A DNA stretch of 64,000 nt from the NCBI RefSeq assembly GCF_963921235.1, contig NC_086107.1, positions 111,478,001-111,542,000 on the forward strand, read 5' to 3'. Both the position numbers and the translations under genes were made by a program. The notes under the pieces are model-generated. The model was not told the origin of the DNA. It saw only the letters and a list, made by a program, of their open reading frames with translations, and searched no databases. The stretch comes from Mobula hypostoma. Lineage: Eukaryota. Below, in pieces: positions 15,001-27,000 of this stretch. Position 1 is the stretch's first letter. Every line of letters begins with the position of its first letter.

Positions 15001-18000
15001 GTGAAGCACTCCCTCAGTACTGTCCCTCTGTCAGTGTGACACTCCCTCAGTACTGTCCCTCTGACAGTGAAGCACTCCCTCAGTACTGTCCCTTTGTCAG
15101 TGTGACACTCCCTCAGTACTGTCCCTCTGGCAGTGAAGCACTCCCTCAGTACTGTCCCTTTGTCAGTGTGACACTCCCTCAGTACTGTCCCTCTGACACT
15201 GAGGCACTCCCTCAGTACTGTCCCTCTGACAGTGAAGCACTCCCTCAGTACTGTCCCTTTGTCAGTGTGACACTCCCTCAGTACTGTCCCTCTGGCAGTG
15301 AAGCACTCACTCAGTACTGTCCCTTTGTCAGTGTGACACTCCCTCAGGACTGTCCCTCTGGCAGTGAGGCACTCCCTCCGTACTGTCCCTCCCATAGTGA
15401 GACACTCCCTCAGTACTGTCCCTCTGACAGTGAAGCACTCCCTCAGTACTGTCCCTTTATCAGTGTGACACTCCCTCAGTACTGTCCCTCTGACAGTGAA
15501 GCACTCCCTCAGTACTGTCCCTTTGTCAGTGTGAAACTCCCTCAGTACTGTCCCTCTGGCAGTGAGACACTCCCTCAGTACTGTCCCTCTGACAGTGAAG
15601 CACTCCCTCAGTACTGACCCTTTTTCAGTGTGACACTCCCTCAGTACTGTCCCTCTGACAGTGAAGCACTCCCTCAGTACTGTCCCTTTGTCAGTGTGAC
15701 ACTCCCTCAGTACTGTCCCTCTGGCAGTGAGACACTCCCTCTGTACTTTCCCTCTGACAGTGTGACACTCCCTTAGTACTGTCCCTCTGACAGTGAGACA
15801 CTCCCTCAGTACCGTCCCTCTGGCAGTGTGACACTCCCTCAGTACTGTCCCTCTGACAGTGAGGTACTCCCTCAGTACTGTCCCTCTGACAGTTTGACAC
15901 TCCCTTAGTACAGTCCCTCTGACAGTGAGACACTCCCTCAGTACTGTCCCTCTGACAGTGAGACGCTCCCTCTGACAGTGAGATACTCCCTCAGTACTGT
16001 CCCTCTGACAGTGTGACACTCCCTCAGTACTGTCCCTCTGACAGTGAGACACTCCCTCAGTACTCTCCCTCTGACAGTGAGACACTCCCTCAGTACCTTC
16101 CCTCTGGCAGTGAGACACTCCCTCAGTACTCTCCATCTGACAGTGAGATGCTCCCTCAGTACTGTCCCTCTAACAGTGCAACACTCCCTCGGCACTGTCC
16201 CTCTGACAGTGGGACACCCCATCAGTACCGTCCCTCTGACAGTGAAGCACTCCCTCAGTACTGTCCCTCTGACAGTGTGACACTCCCTCAGTACTGTCCC
16301 TCTGACAGTGAGACACTCCCTCAGTACTGTCCCTCTGACAGTGAGGCGCTCCCTCTGACAGTGAGATACTCCCACAGTACTGTCCCTCTGACAGTGTGAC
16401 ACTCCCTCAGTACTGTCCCTCTGACAGTGAGACACTCCCTCAGTACTCTCCCTCTGACAGTGAGACACTCCCTCAGTACCGTCCCTCTGGCAGTGAGACA
16501 CTCCCTCAGTACTCTCCCTCTGACAGTGAGATGCTCCCTCAGTACTGTCCCTCTAACAGTGCAACACTCCCTCGGCACTGTCCCTCTGACAGTGGGACAC
16601 CCCATCAGTACCGTCCCTCTGACAGTGAAGCACTCCCTCAGTACTGTCCCTTTGTCAGTGTGACACTCCCTCAGTACTGTCCCTCTGGCAGTGAGACACT
16701 CCCTCAGTACTGTTTCTCTGACAGTGAAGCACTACCTCAGTACTGTCCCTTTGTCAGTGTGACACTCCCTCAATACTGTCCCTCTGACGGTGAAGCACTC
16801 CCTCAGTACTGTCCCTCTGACACTGAGGCACTCCCTCAGTACTGTCCCTCTGACAGTGTGACACTCCCTCAGTACTGTCCCTCTGACAATGAAGCACTCC
16901 CTCAGTACTGTCCCTCTGGCAGTGAGACACTCCCTCAGTACCGTCCCTCTGACAGTGAGACACTCCTTCAGTACTGTCCCTCTGACAGTGAGGTACTCCC
17001 TCAGTACCGTCGCTCTCTGAGGCACTCCCTCCGTACTGTCTCTCCCATAGTGCGACACTCCCTCAGTACTGTCCCTCTGACAGTGAAGCACTCCCTCAGT
17101 ACTGTCCCTTTGTCAGTGTGACACTCCCTCAGTACTGTCCCTCTGGCAGTGAGGCACTCCCGCAGTACTGTCCCTCCCATAGTGAGACACTCCCTCAGTT
17201 CTGTCCCTCTGACAGTGAAGCACTCCCTCGGCACTGTCCCTCTGACAGTGGGTCACCCCATCAGTACCGTCCCTCTGACAGTGAAGCACTCCCTCAGTAC
17301 TGTCCCTTTGTCAGTGTGACACTCCCTCAGTACTGTCCCTCTGGCAGTGAGACACTCCCTCAGTACTGTCCCTCTGACAGTGAAGCACTCCCTCAGTACT
17401 GTCCCTTTGTCAGTGTGAAACTCCCTCAGTACTGTCCCTCTGACAGTGAGCACTCCCTCAGTACTGTCCCTTTATCAGTGTGACACTCCCTCAGTACTGT
17501 CCCTCTGACAATGAAGCACTCCCTCAGTACTGTCCCTCTGGCACTGAGACACTCCCTCAGTACCGTCCCTCTGACAGTGAGACACTCCTTCAGTACAGTC
17601 CCTCTGACAGTGAGGTACTCCCTCGGTACCCTCGTTCTGTGAGGCACTCCCTCCGTACTGTCCCTCCCATAGTGAGACACTCCCTCAGTACTGTCCCTCT
17701 GACACTGAAGCACTCCCTCAGTACTGTCCCTTTATCAGTGTGACACTCCCTCAGTACTGTCCCTCTGACAGTGAAGCACTCCCTCAGTACTGTCCCTTTG
17801 TCAGTGTGACACTCCCTCAGTACTGTCCCTCTGGCAGTGAGACACTCCCTCTGTACTGTCCCTCTGACAGTGCGACACTCCCTTAGTACTGTCCCTCTGA
17901 CAGTGAGACACTCACTCAGTACCGTCCCTCTGGCAGTGTGACACTCCCTCAGTACTGTCCCTCTGACAGTGAGGTACTCCCTCAGTACTGTCCCTCTGAC

Positions 18001-21000
18001 AGTGTGACACTCCCTTAGTACTGTTCCTCTAACGGTGAGACACTCCCTCAGTACTGTCCCTCTGACAGTGAGACGCTCCCTCTGACAGTGAGATACTCCC
18101 TCAGTACTGTCCCTCTGACAGTGTGACACTCCCTCAGTACTGTCCCTCTGACAGTGAGACACTCCCTCAGTACTCTCCCTCTGACAGTGAGACACTCCCT
18201 CAGTACCGTCCCTCTGGCAGTGAGACACTCCCTCAGTACTCTCCCTCTGACAGTGAGATGCTCCCTCAGTACTGTCCCTCTAACAGTGCAACACTCCCTC
18301 GGCACTGTCCCTCTGACAGTGGGACACCCCATCAGTACCGTCCCTCTGACAGTGTGAAACTCCCTCAGTACTGTCCCTCTGGCAGTGAGACACTCCCTCA
18401 GTACTGTTTCTCTGACAGTGAAGCACTCCCTCAGTACTGTCCCTTTGTCAGTGTGACACTCCCTCAATACTGTCCCTCTGACGGTGAAGCACTCCCTCAG
18501 TACTGTCCCTCTGACACTGAGACACTCCCTCAGTACTGTTACTCTGACAGTGTGACACTCCCTCAGTACTGTCCCTCTGACAATGAAGCACTCCCTCAGT
18601 ACTGTCCCTCTGGCAGTGAGACACTCCCTCAGTACCGTCCCTCTGACAGTGAGACACTCCCTCAGTACTGTCCCTCTGACAGTGTGACACTCCCTCAGTA
18701 CTGTCCCTCTGACAGTGAAGCACTCCCTCAGTACCGTCCCTCTGACAGTGTGACACTCCCTCAGTACTGTCCCTCTGACAGTGAGGTACTCCCTCAGTAC
18801 CGTCGCTCTGTGAGGCACTCCCTCCGTACTGTCTCTCCCATAGTGAGACACTCCCTCAGTACTGTCCCTCTGACAGTGAAGCACTCCCTCAGTACTGTCC
18901 CTTTGTCAGTGTGACACTCCCTCAGTACTGTCCCTCTGGCAGTGAGGCACTCCCGCAGTACTGTCCCTCCCATAGTGAGACACTCCCTCAGTTCTGTCCC
19001 TCTGACAGTGAAGCACTCCCTCAGTACTGTCCCTTTGTCAGTGTGATACTCCCTCAGTACTGTCCCTCTTACAGTGAAGCACTCCCTCAGTACTGTCCCT
19101 TTGTCAGTGTGACACTCCCTCAGTACTGTCCCTCCGACAGTGAAGCACTCCCTCAGTACTGTCCCTTTGTCAGTGTGACACTCCCTAAGTACTGTCCCTC
19201 TGGCAGTGAAGCACTCCCTCAGTACTGTCCCTTTGTCAGTGTGACACTCCCTCAGTACTGTCCCTCTGACACTGAGGCACTCCCTCCGTACTGTCCCTCC
19301 CATAGTGAGACACTCCCTCAGTACTGTCCCTCTGACAGTGAAGCACTCCCTCAGTACTGTCCCTTTGTCAGTGTTACACTCCCTCAGTACTGACCCTCTG
19401 ACAGTGAAGCACTCCCTCAGTACTGTCCCTTTGTCAGTGTGACACTCCCTCAGTACTGTCCCTCTGACAGTGAGGTACTCCCTCAGTACCGTCGCTCTGT
19501 GAGGCACTCCCTCCGTACTGTTCCTCCCATAGTGAGACACTCCCTCAGTACTGTCCCTCTGACAGTGAAGCATTCCCTCAGTACTGTCCCTCTGACAGTG
19601 AGACACTCCCTCAGTACTGTCCCTCTGACAGTGAGACGCTCCCTCTGACAGTGAGATACTCCCTCAGTACTGTCCCTCAGACAGTGTGACACTCCCTCAG
19701 TACTGTCCCTCTGACAGTGAGTCACTCCCTCAGTACTCTCCCTCTGACAGTGACACACTCCCTCAGTACCGTCCCTCTGGCAGTGAGACACTCCCTCAGT
19801 ACTCTCCCTCTGACAGTGAGATGCTCCCTCAGTACTGTCCCTCTAACAGTGCAACACTCCCTCGGCACTGTCCCTCTGACAGTGGGACACCCCATCAGTA
19901 CCGTCCCTCTGACAGTGAAGCACTCCCTCAGTACTGTCCCTTTGTCAGTGTGACACTCCCTCAGTACTGTCCCTCTGACAGTGAAGCACTCCCTCAGTAC
20001 TGTCCCTATGTCAGTGTGAAACTCCCTCAGTACTGTCCCTCTGACAGTGAAGCACTCCCTCAGTACTGTCCCTTTGTCAGTGTGACACTCCCTCAGTACT
20101 GTCCCTCTGACGGTGAAGCACTCCCTCAGTACTGTCCCTCTGACACTGAGGCACTCCCTCAGTACTGTCCCTCTGACAGTGTGACACTCCCTCAGTACTG
20201 TCCCTCTGACAATGAAGCACTCCCTCAGTACTGTCCCTCTGGCAGTGAGACACTCCCTCAGTACCGTCCCTCTGACAGTGAGACACTCTTTCAGTACTGT
20301 CCCTCTGACAGTGAGGTACTCCCTCAGTACCCTCGCTCTGTGAGGCACTCCCTCCGTACTGTCCCTCCCATAGTGAGACACTCCCTCAGTACTGTCCCTC
20401 TGACAGTGAGGTACTTCTTCAGTACTGTCCCTCTGACAGTGTGACACTCCCTTAGTACTGTCCCTCTGACAGTGAGACACTCCCTCAGTACAGTCCCTCT
20501 GACAGTGAGACGCTCCCTCTGACAGTGAGACACTCCCTCAGTACTGTCCCTCTGACAGTGTGACACTCCCTCAGTACTGTCCCTCTGACAGTAAGACACT
20601 CCCTCAGTACCGTCCCTCTGGCAGTGAGACACTCCCTCAGTACTCTCCCTCTGAGAGTGAGATGCTCCCTCAGTACTGTGTCTCTAACAGTGCAACACTC
20701 CCTCGGCACTGTCCCTCTGACAGTGAAGCACTCCCTCAGTACTGTCCCTTTGTCAGTGTGACACTCCCTCAGTACTGTCCCTCTGGCAGTGAGACACTCC
20801 CTCAGTACTGTCCCTCTGACAGTGAAGCACTCCCTCAATACTGTCCCTTTGTCAGTGTGAAACTCCCTCAGTACTGTCCCTGTGACAGTGAAGCACTCCC
20901 TCAGTACTGTCCCTTTGTCAGTGTGACACTCCCTCAGTACTGTCCCTCTGACGGTGAAGCACTCACTCAGTACTGTCCCTTTGTCAGTGTGACACTCCCT

Positions 21001-24000
21001 CAGTACTGTCCTCTGACACTGAGGCACTCCCTCAGTACTGTCCCTCTGACAGTTTGACACTCCCTCAGTACTGTCCCTCTGACAGTGAGACACTCCCTCA
21101 GTACTGTCCCTCTGACAATGAAGAACTCCCTCAGTACTGTCCCTCTGGCAGTGAGACACTCCCTCAGTACTGTCCCTCCCATAGTGAGACACTCCCTCAG
21201 TACCGTCCCTCTGACAGTGAAGCACTCCCTCAGTACTGTCCCTTTGTCAGTGTGACACTCCCTCAGTACTGTCCCTCTGGCAGTGAGGCACTCCCTCCGT
21301 ACTGTCCCTTTGTCAGTGTGACACTCCCTCAGTACTGTCCCTCTGACGGTGAAGCACTCCCTCAATACTGTCCCTCTGACAGTGAGACACTCCCTCAGTA
21401 CTGTCCCTCTGACAATGAAGAACTCCCTCAGTACTGTCCCTCTGGCAGTGAGACACTCCCTCAGTACTGTCCCTCCCATAGTGAGACACTCCCTCAGTAC
21501 CGTCCCTCTGACAGTGAAGCACTCCCTCAGTACTGTCCCTTTGTCAGTGTGACACTCCCTCAGTACTGTCCCTCTGGCAGTGAGGCACTCCCTCCGTACT
21601 GTCCCTCCCATAGTGAGACACTCCCTCAGTACTGTCCCTCTGACAGTAAAGCACTCCCTCAGTACTGTCCCTTTGTCAGTGTGACACTCCCTCAGTACTG
21701 TCCCTCTGACAGTGAAGCACTCCCTCAGTACTGTCCCTTTGTCAGTGTGACTCTCCCTCAGTACTGTCCCTCTGACAGTGAGGTACTCCCTCAGTATCGT
21801 CGCTCTGTGAGGCACTCCCTCCATACTATCCCTCCCATAGTGAGACACTCCCTCACTACTGTCCCTCTGACAGTGAAGCACTCCCTCAATACTGTCCCTT
21901 TGTCAGTGTGACACTCCCTCAGTACTGTACCTCTGACAGTGAGACACTCCCTCAGTACTGTCCCTCCCATAGTGAGACACTCCTTCAGTACTGTCCCTCT
22001 GACAGTGAAGCACTCCCTCAGTACTGTCCCTTTGTCAGTGTGACACTCCCTCAGTACTGTCCCTCTGGCAGTCAGGCACTCCCTCCGTACTGTCCCTCCC
22101 ATCGTGTTACACTCCCTCAGTACTGTCCCTCTGACAGTGAAGCACTCCCTCAGTACTGTCCCTTTCTCAGTGTGACACTCCCTCAGTACTGTCCCTCTGA
22201 CAGTGAGACACTCCCTCAGTACCGTCCCTCTGGCTGTGAGACACTCCCTCAGTACTCTCCCTCTGAGAGTGAGATGCTCCCTCAGTACTGTGTCTCTAAC
22301 AGTGCAACACTCCCTCGGCACTGTACCTCTGACAGTGAAGCACTCCCTCAGTACTGTCCCTTTGTCAGTGTGACACTCCCTCAGTACTGTCCCTCTGGCA
22401 GTGAGACACTCCCTCAGTACTGTCCCTCTGACAGTGAAGCACTCCCTCAGTACTGTCCCTTTATCAGTGTGAAACTCCCTCAGTACTGTCCCTCTGACAG
22501 TGAAGCACTCCCTCAGTACTGTCCCTTTGTCAGTGTGACACTCCCTCAGTACTGTCCCTCTGACGGTGAAGCACTCCCTCAGTACTGTCCCTTTGTCAGT
22601 GTGACACTCCCTCAGTACTGTCCCTCTGACACTGAGGCACTCCCTCAGTACTGTCCCTCTGACAGTGTGACACTCCCTCAGTACTGTCCCTCTGACAGTG
22701 AGACACTCCCTCAGTACTGTCCCTCTGACAATGAAGAACTCCCTCAGTACTGTCCCTCTGGCAGTGAGACACTCCCTCAGTACTGTCCCTCCCATAGTGA
22801 GACACTCCCTCAGTACCGTCCCTCTGACAGTGAAGCACTCCCTCAGTACTGTCCCTTTGTCAGTGTCACACTCCCTCAGTACTGTCCCTCTGACGGTGAA
22901 GCACTCCCTCAGTACTGTCCCTTTGTCAGTGTGACACTCCCTCAGTACTGTCCCTCTGACGGTGAAGCACTCCCTCAGTACTGTCCCTTTGTCAGTGTGA
23001 CACTCCCTCAGAACTGTCCCTCTGACACTGACGCACTCCCTCATTACTGTCCCTCTGACAGAGTGACACTCCCTCAGTACTGTCCCTCTGACAGTGAGAC
23101 ACTCCCTCAGTACTGTCACTCTGACAATGAAGAACTCCCTCAGTACTGTCCCTCTGGCAGTGAGACACTCCCTCAGTACTGTCTCTCACAAAGTGAGACA
23201 CTCCCTCAGTACCGTCCCTCTGACAGTGAAGCACTCCCTCAGTACTGTCCCTTTGTCAGTGTGACACTCCCTCAGTACTGTCCCTCTGGCAGTGAGGCAC
23301 TCCCTCCGTACTGTCCCTCCCATAGTGAGACACTCCCTCAGTACTGTCCCTCTGACAGTAAAGCACTCCCTCAGTACTGTCCCTTTGTCAGTGTGACACT
23401 CCCTCAGTACTGTCCCTCTGACAGTGAAGCACTCCCTCAGTACTGTCCCTTTGTCAGTGTGACACTCCCTCAGTACTGTCCCTCTGACAGTGAGGTACTC
23501 CCTCAGTATCGTCGCTCTGTGAGGCACTCCCTCCATACTGTCCCTCCCATAGTGAGACACTCCCTCACTACTGTCCCTCTGACAGTGAAGCACTCCCTCA
23601 ATACTGTCCCTTTGTCAGTGTGACACTCCCTCAGTACTGTCCCTCTGACAGTGAGACACTCCCTCAGTACTGTCCCTCCCATAGTGAGACACTCCTTCAG
23701 TACTGTCCCTCTGACAGTGAAGCACTCCCTCAGTACTGTCCCTTTGTCAGTGTGACACTCCCTCAGTACTGTCCCTCTGGCAGTGAGGCACTCCCTCCGT
23801 ACTGTCCCTCAAATCGTGTTACACTCCCTCAGTACTGTCCCTCTGACAGTGAAGCACTCCATCAGTACTGTCCCTTTCTCAGTGTGACACTCCCTCAGTA
23901 CTGTCCCTCTGACAGTGAAGCACTCCCTCAGTACTGTCCCTTTGTCAGTGTGACACTCCCTCAGTACTGTCCCTCTGACAGTGAAGCACTCCCTCAGTAC

Positions 24001-27000
24001 TGTCCCTCTGACAGTGAGACACTCCCTCAGTACCGTCGCTCTGTGAGGCACTCCCTCCGTACTGTCCCTCCCATCGTGAGACACTCCCTCAGTACTGTCC
24101 CTCCGACAGTGTGACACACCCTCAGTACTGTCCCTCTGACAGTGAGACACTCCCTCAGTACTGTCCCTCTGACAGTGAGACACTCCCCCAGCACCATCCC
24201 TCTGACAGTGTGAAAACACCCTCAGTACTGTCCCTCTGACAGTGAGACGCTCCCTCTGACAGTGAGACACTCCCTCAGTACTGTCCCTCTGACAGTGTGA
24301 GATTCCCTCAGTACTGTCCCTCTGACAGTGAGACACTCCCTCAGTACTCTCCATCTGACAGTGAGACACTCCCTCAGTACCGTCCCTCTGACAGTGAGAC
24401 ACTCCCTCAGTACTCTCCCTCTGACAGTGAGATGCTCCCTCAGTACTGTCCCTCTAACAGTGCAACACTCCCTCGGCACTGTCCCTCTGTCAGTGGGACA
24501 CCCCATCAGTACTGTCCCTCTGACAGTGTGACACTCCCTCAGTACCATCCCTCTGACAGGGAGACATCCCTCAGTACCGTCCCTCTGACAGTGAAGCACT
24601 CCCTCAGTACTGTCCCTTTGTCAGTGTGAAACTCCCTCAGTACTGTCCCTCTGGCAGTGAAGCACTCCCTCAGTACTGTCCCTTTGTCAGTGTGACACTC
24701 CCTCAGTACTGTCCCTCTGACAGTGAAGCACTCCCTCAGTTCTGTCCCTTTGTCAGTGTGACATTCCCTCAGTACTGTCCCTCTGGCAGTGAGACACTCC
24801 CTCTGTACTGTCCCTCTGACAGTGTGACACTCCCTTAGTACTGTCCCTCTGACAGTGAGACACTCCCTCAGTACCGTCCCTCTGGCAGTGTGACACTCCC
24901 TCAGTACTGTCCCTCTGACAGTGAGGTACTCCATCAGTACTGTCCCTCTGACAGTGTGACACTCCCTTAGTACTGTCCCTCTCACAGTGAGACACTCCCT
25001 CAGTACTGTCCCTCTGACAGTGAGACGCTCCCTCTGACAGTGAGATACTCCCTCAGTACTGTCCCTCTGACAGTGTGACACTCCCTCAGTACTGTCCCTC
25101 TGACAGTGAGACACTCCCTCAGTACTCTCCCTCTGACAGTGAGACACTCCCTCAGTACCGTCCCTCTGGCAGTGAGACACTCCCTCAGTACTCTCCCTCT
25201 GACAGTGAGATGCTCCCTCAGTACTGTCCCTCTAACAGTGCAACGCTCCCTCGGCACTGTCCCTCTGACAGTGGGTCACCCCATCAGTACCGTCCCTCTG
25301 ACAGTGAAGCACTCCCTCAGTACTGTCCCTTTGTCAGTGTGACACTCCCTCAGTACTGTCCCTCTGGCAGTGAGACACTCCCTCAGTACTGTCCCTCTGA
25401 CAGTGAAGCACTCCCTCAGTACTGTCCCTTTGTCAGTGTGAAACTCCCTCAGTACTGTCCCTCTGACAGTGAAGCACTCCCTCAGTACTGTCCCTTTATC
25501 AGTGTGACACTCCCTCAGTACTGTCCCTCTGGCAGTGAGACACTCCCTCTGTACTTTCCCTCTGACAGTGTGACACTCCCTTAGTACTGTCCCTCTGACA
25601 ATGAAGCACTCCCTCAGTACTATCCCTCTGACAGTGAAGCACTCCCTCAGTACTGTCCCTCTGGCAGTGAGACACTCCCTCAGTACTGTCCCTCTCACAG
25701 TGAGGTACTCCCTCAGTACCCTCGCTCTGTGAGGCACTCCCTCCGTACTGTCCCTCCCATAGTGAGACACTCCCTCAGTACTGTCCCTCTGACAGTGAAG
25801 CACTCCCTCAGTACTGTCCCTTTGTCAGTGTGACACTCCCTCAGTACTGTCCCTCTGGCAGTGAGGCACTCCCGCAGTACTGTCCCTCCCATAGTGAGAC
25901 ACTCCCTCAGTACTGTCCCTCTGACAGTGAAGCACTCCCTCAGTACTGTCCCTTTGTCAGTGTGACACTCCCTCAGTACTGTCCCTCTGACAGTGAAGCA
26001 CTCCCTCAGTACTGTCCCTTTGTCAGTGTGACACTCCCTCAGTACTGTCCCTCTGGCAGTGAAGCACTCCCTCAGTACTGTCCCTTTGTCAGTGTGACAC
26101 TCCCTCAGTACTGTCCCTCTGGCAGTGAGGCACTCCCTCCGTACTGTCCCTCCCATAGTGAGACACTCCCTCAGTACTGTCCCTCTGACAGTGAAGCACT
26201 CCCTCAGTACTGTTCCTTTATCAGTGTGACACTCCCTCAGTACTGTCCCTCTGACAGTGAAGCACTCCCTCAGTACTGTCCCTTTGTCAGTGTGAAACTC
26301 CCTCAGTACTGTCCCTCTGGCAGTGAGACACTCCCTCAGTACTGTCCCTCTGACAGTGAAGCACTCCCTCAGTACTGTCCCTTTGTCAGTCTGACACTCC
26401 CTCAGTACTGTCCCTCTGACAGTGAAGCACTCCCTCAGTACTGTCCCTTTGTCAGTGTGACACTCCCTCAGTACTGTCCCTCTGGCAGTGAGACACTCCC
26501 TCTGTACTGTCCCTCTGACAGTGTGACACTCCCTTAGTACTGTCCCTCTGACAGTGAGACACTCCCTCAGTACCATCCCTCTGGCAGTGTGACACTCCCT
26601 TAGTACTGTCCCTCTGACAGTGAGACACTCCCTCAGTACTGTCCCTCTGACAGTGAGACGCTCCCTCTGACAGTGAGATACTCCCTCAGTACTGTCCCTC
26701 TGACAGTGTGACACTCCCTCAGTACTGTCCCTCTGACAGTGAGACACTCCCTCAGTACTCTCCCTCTGACAGTGAGACACTCCCTCAGTACCGTCCCTCT
26801 GGCAGTGAGACACTCCCTCAGTACTCTCCCTCTGACAGTGAGATGCTCCCTCAGTACTGTCCCTCTAACAGTGCAACACTCCCTCGGCACTGTCCCTGTG
26901 ACAGTGGGACACCCCATCAGTACCGTCCCTCTGACAGTGAAGCACTCCCTCAGTACTGTCCCTTTGTCAGTGTGACACTCCCTCAGTACTGTCCCTCTGG

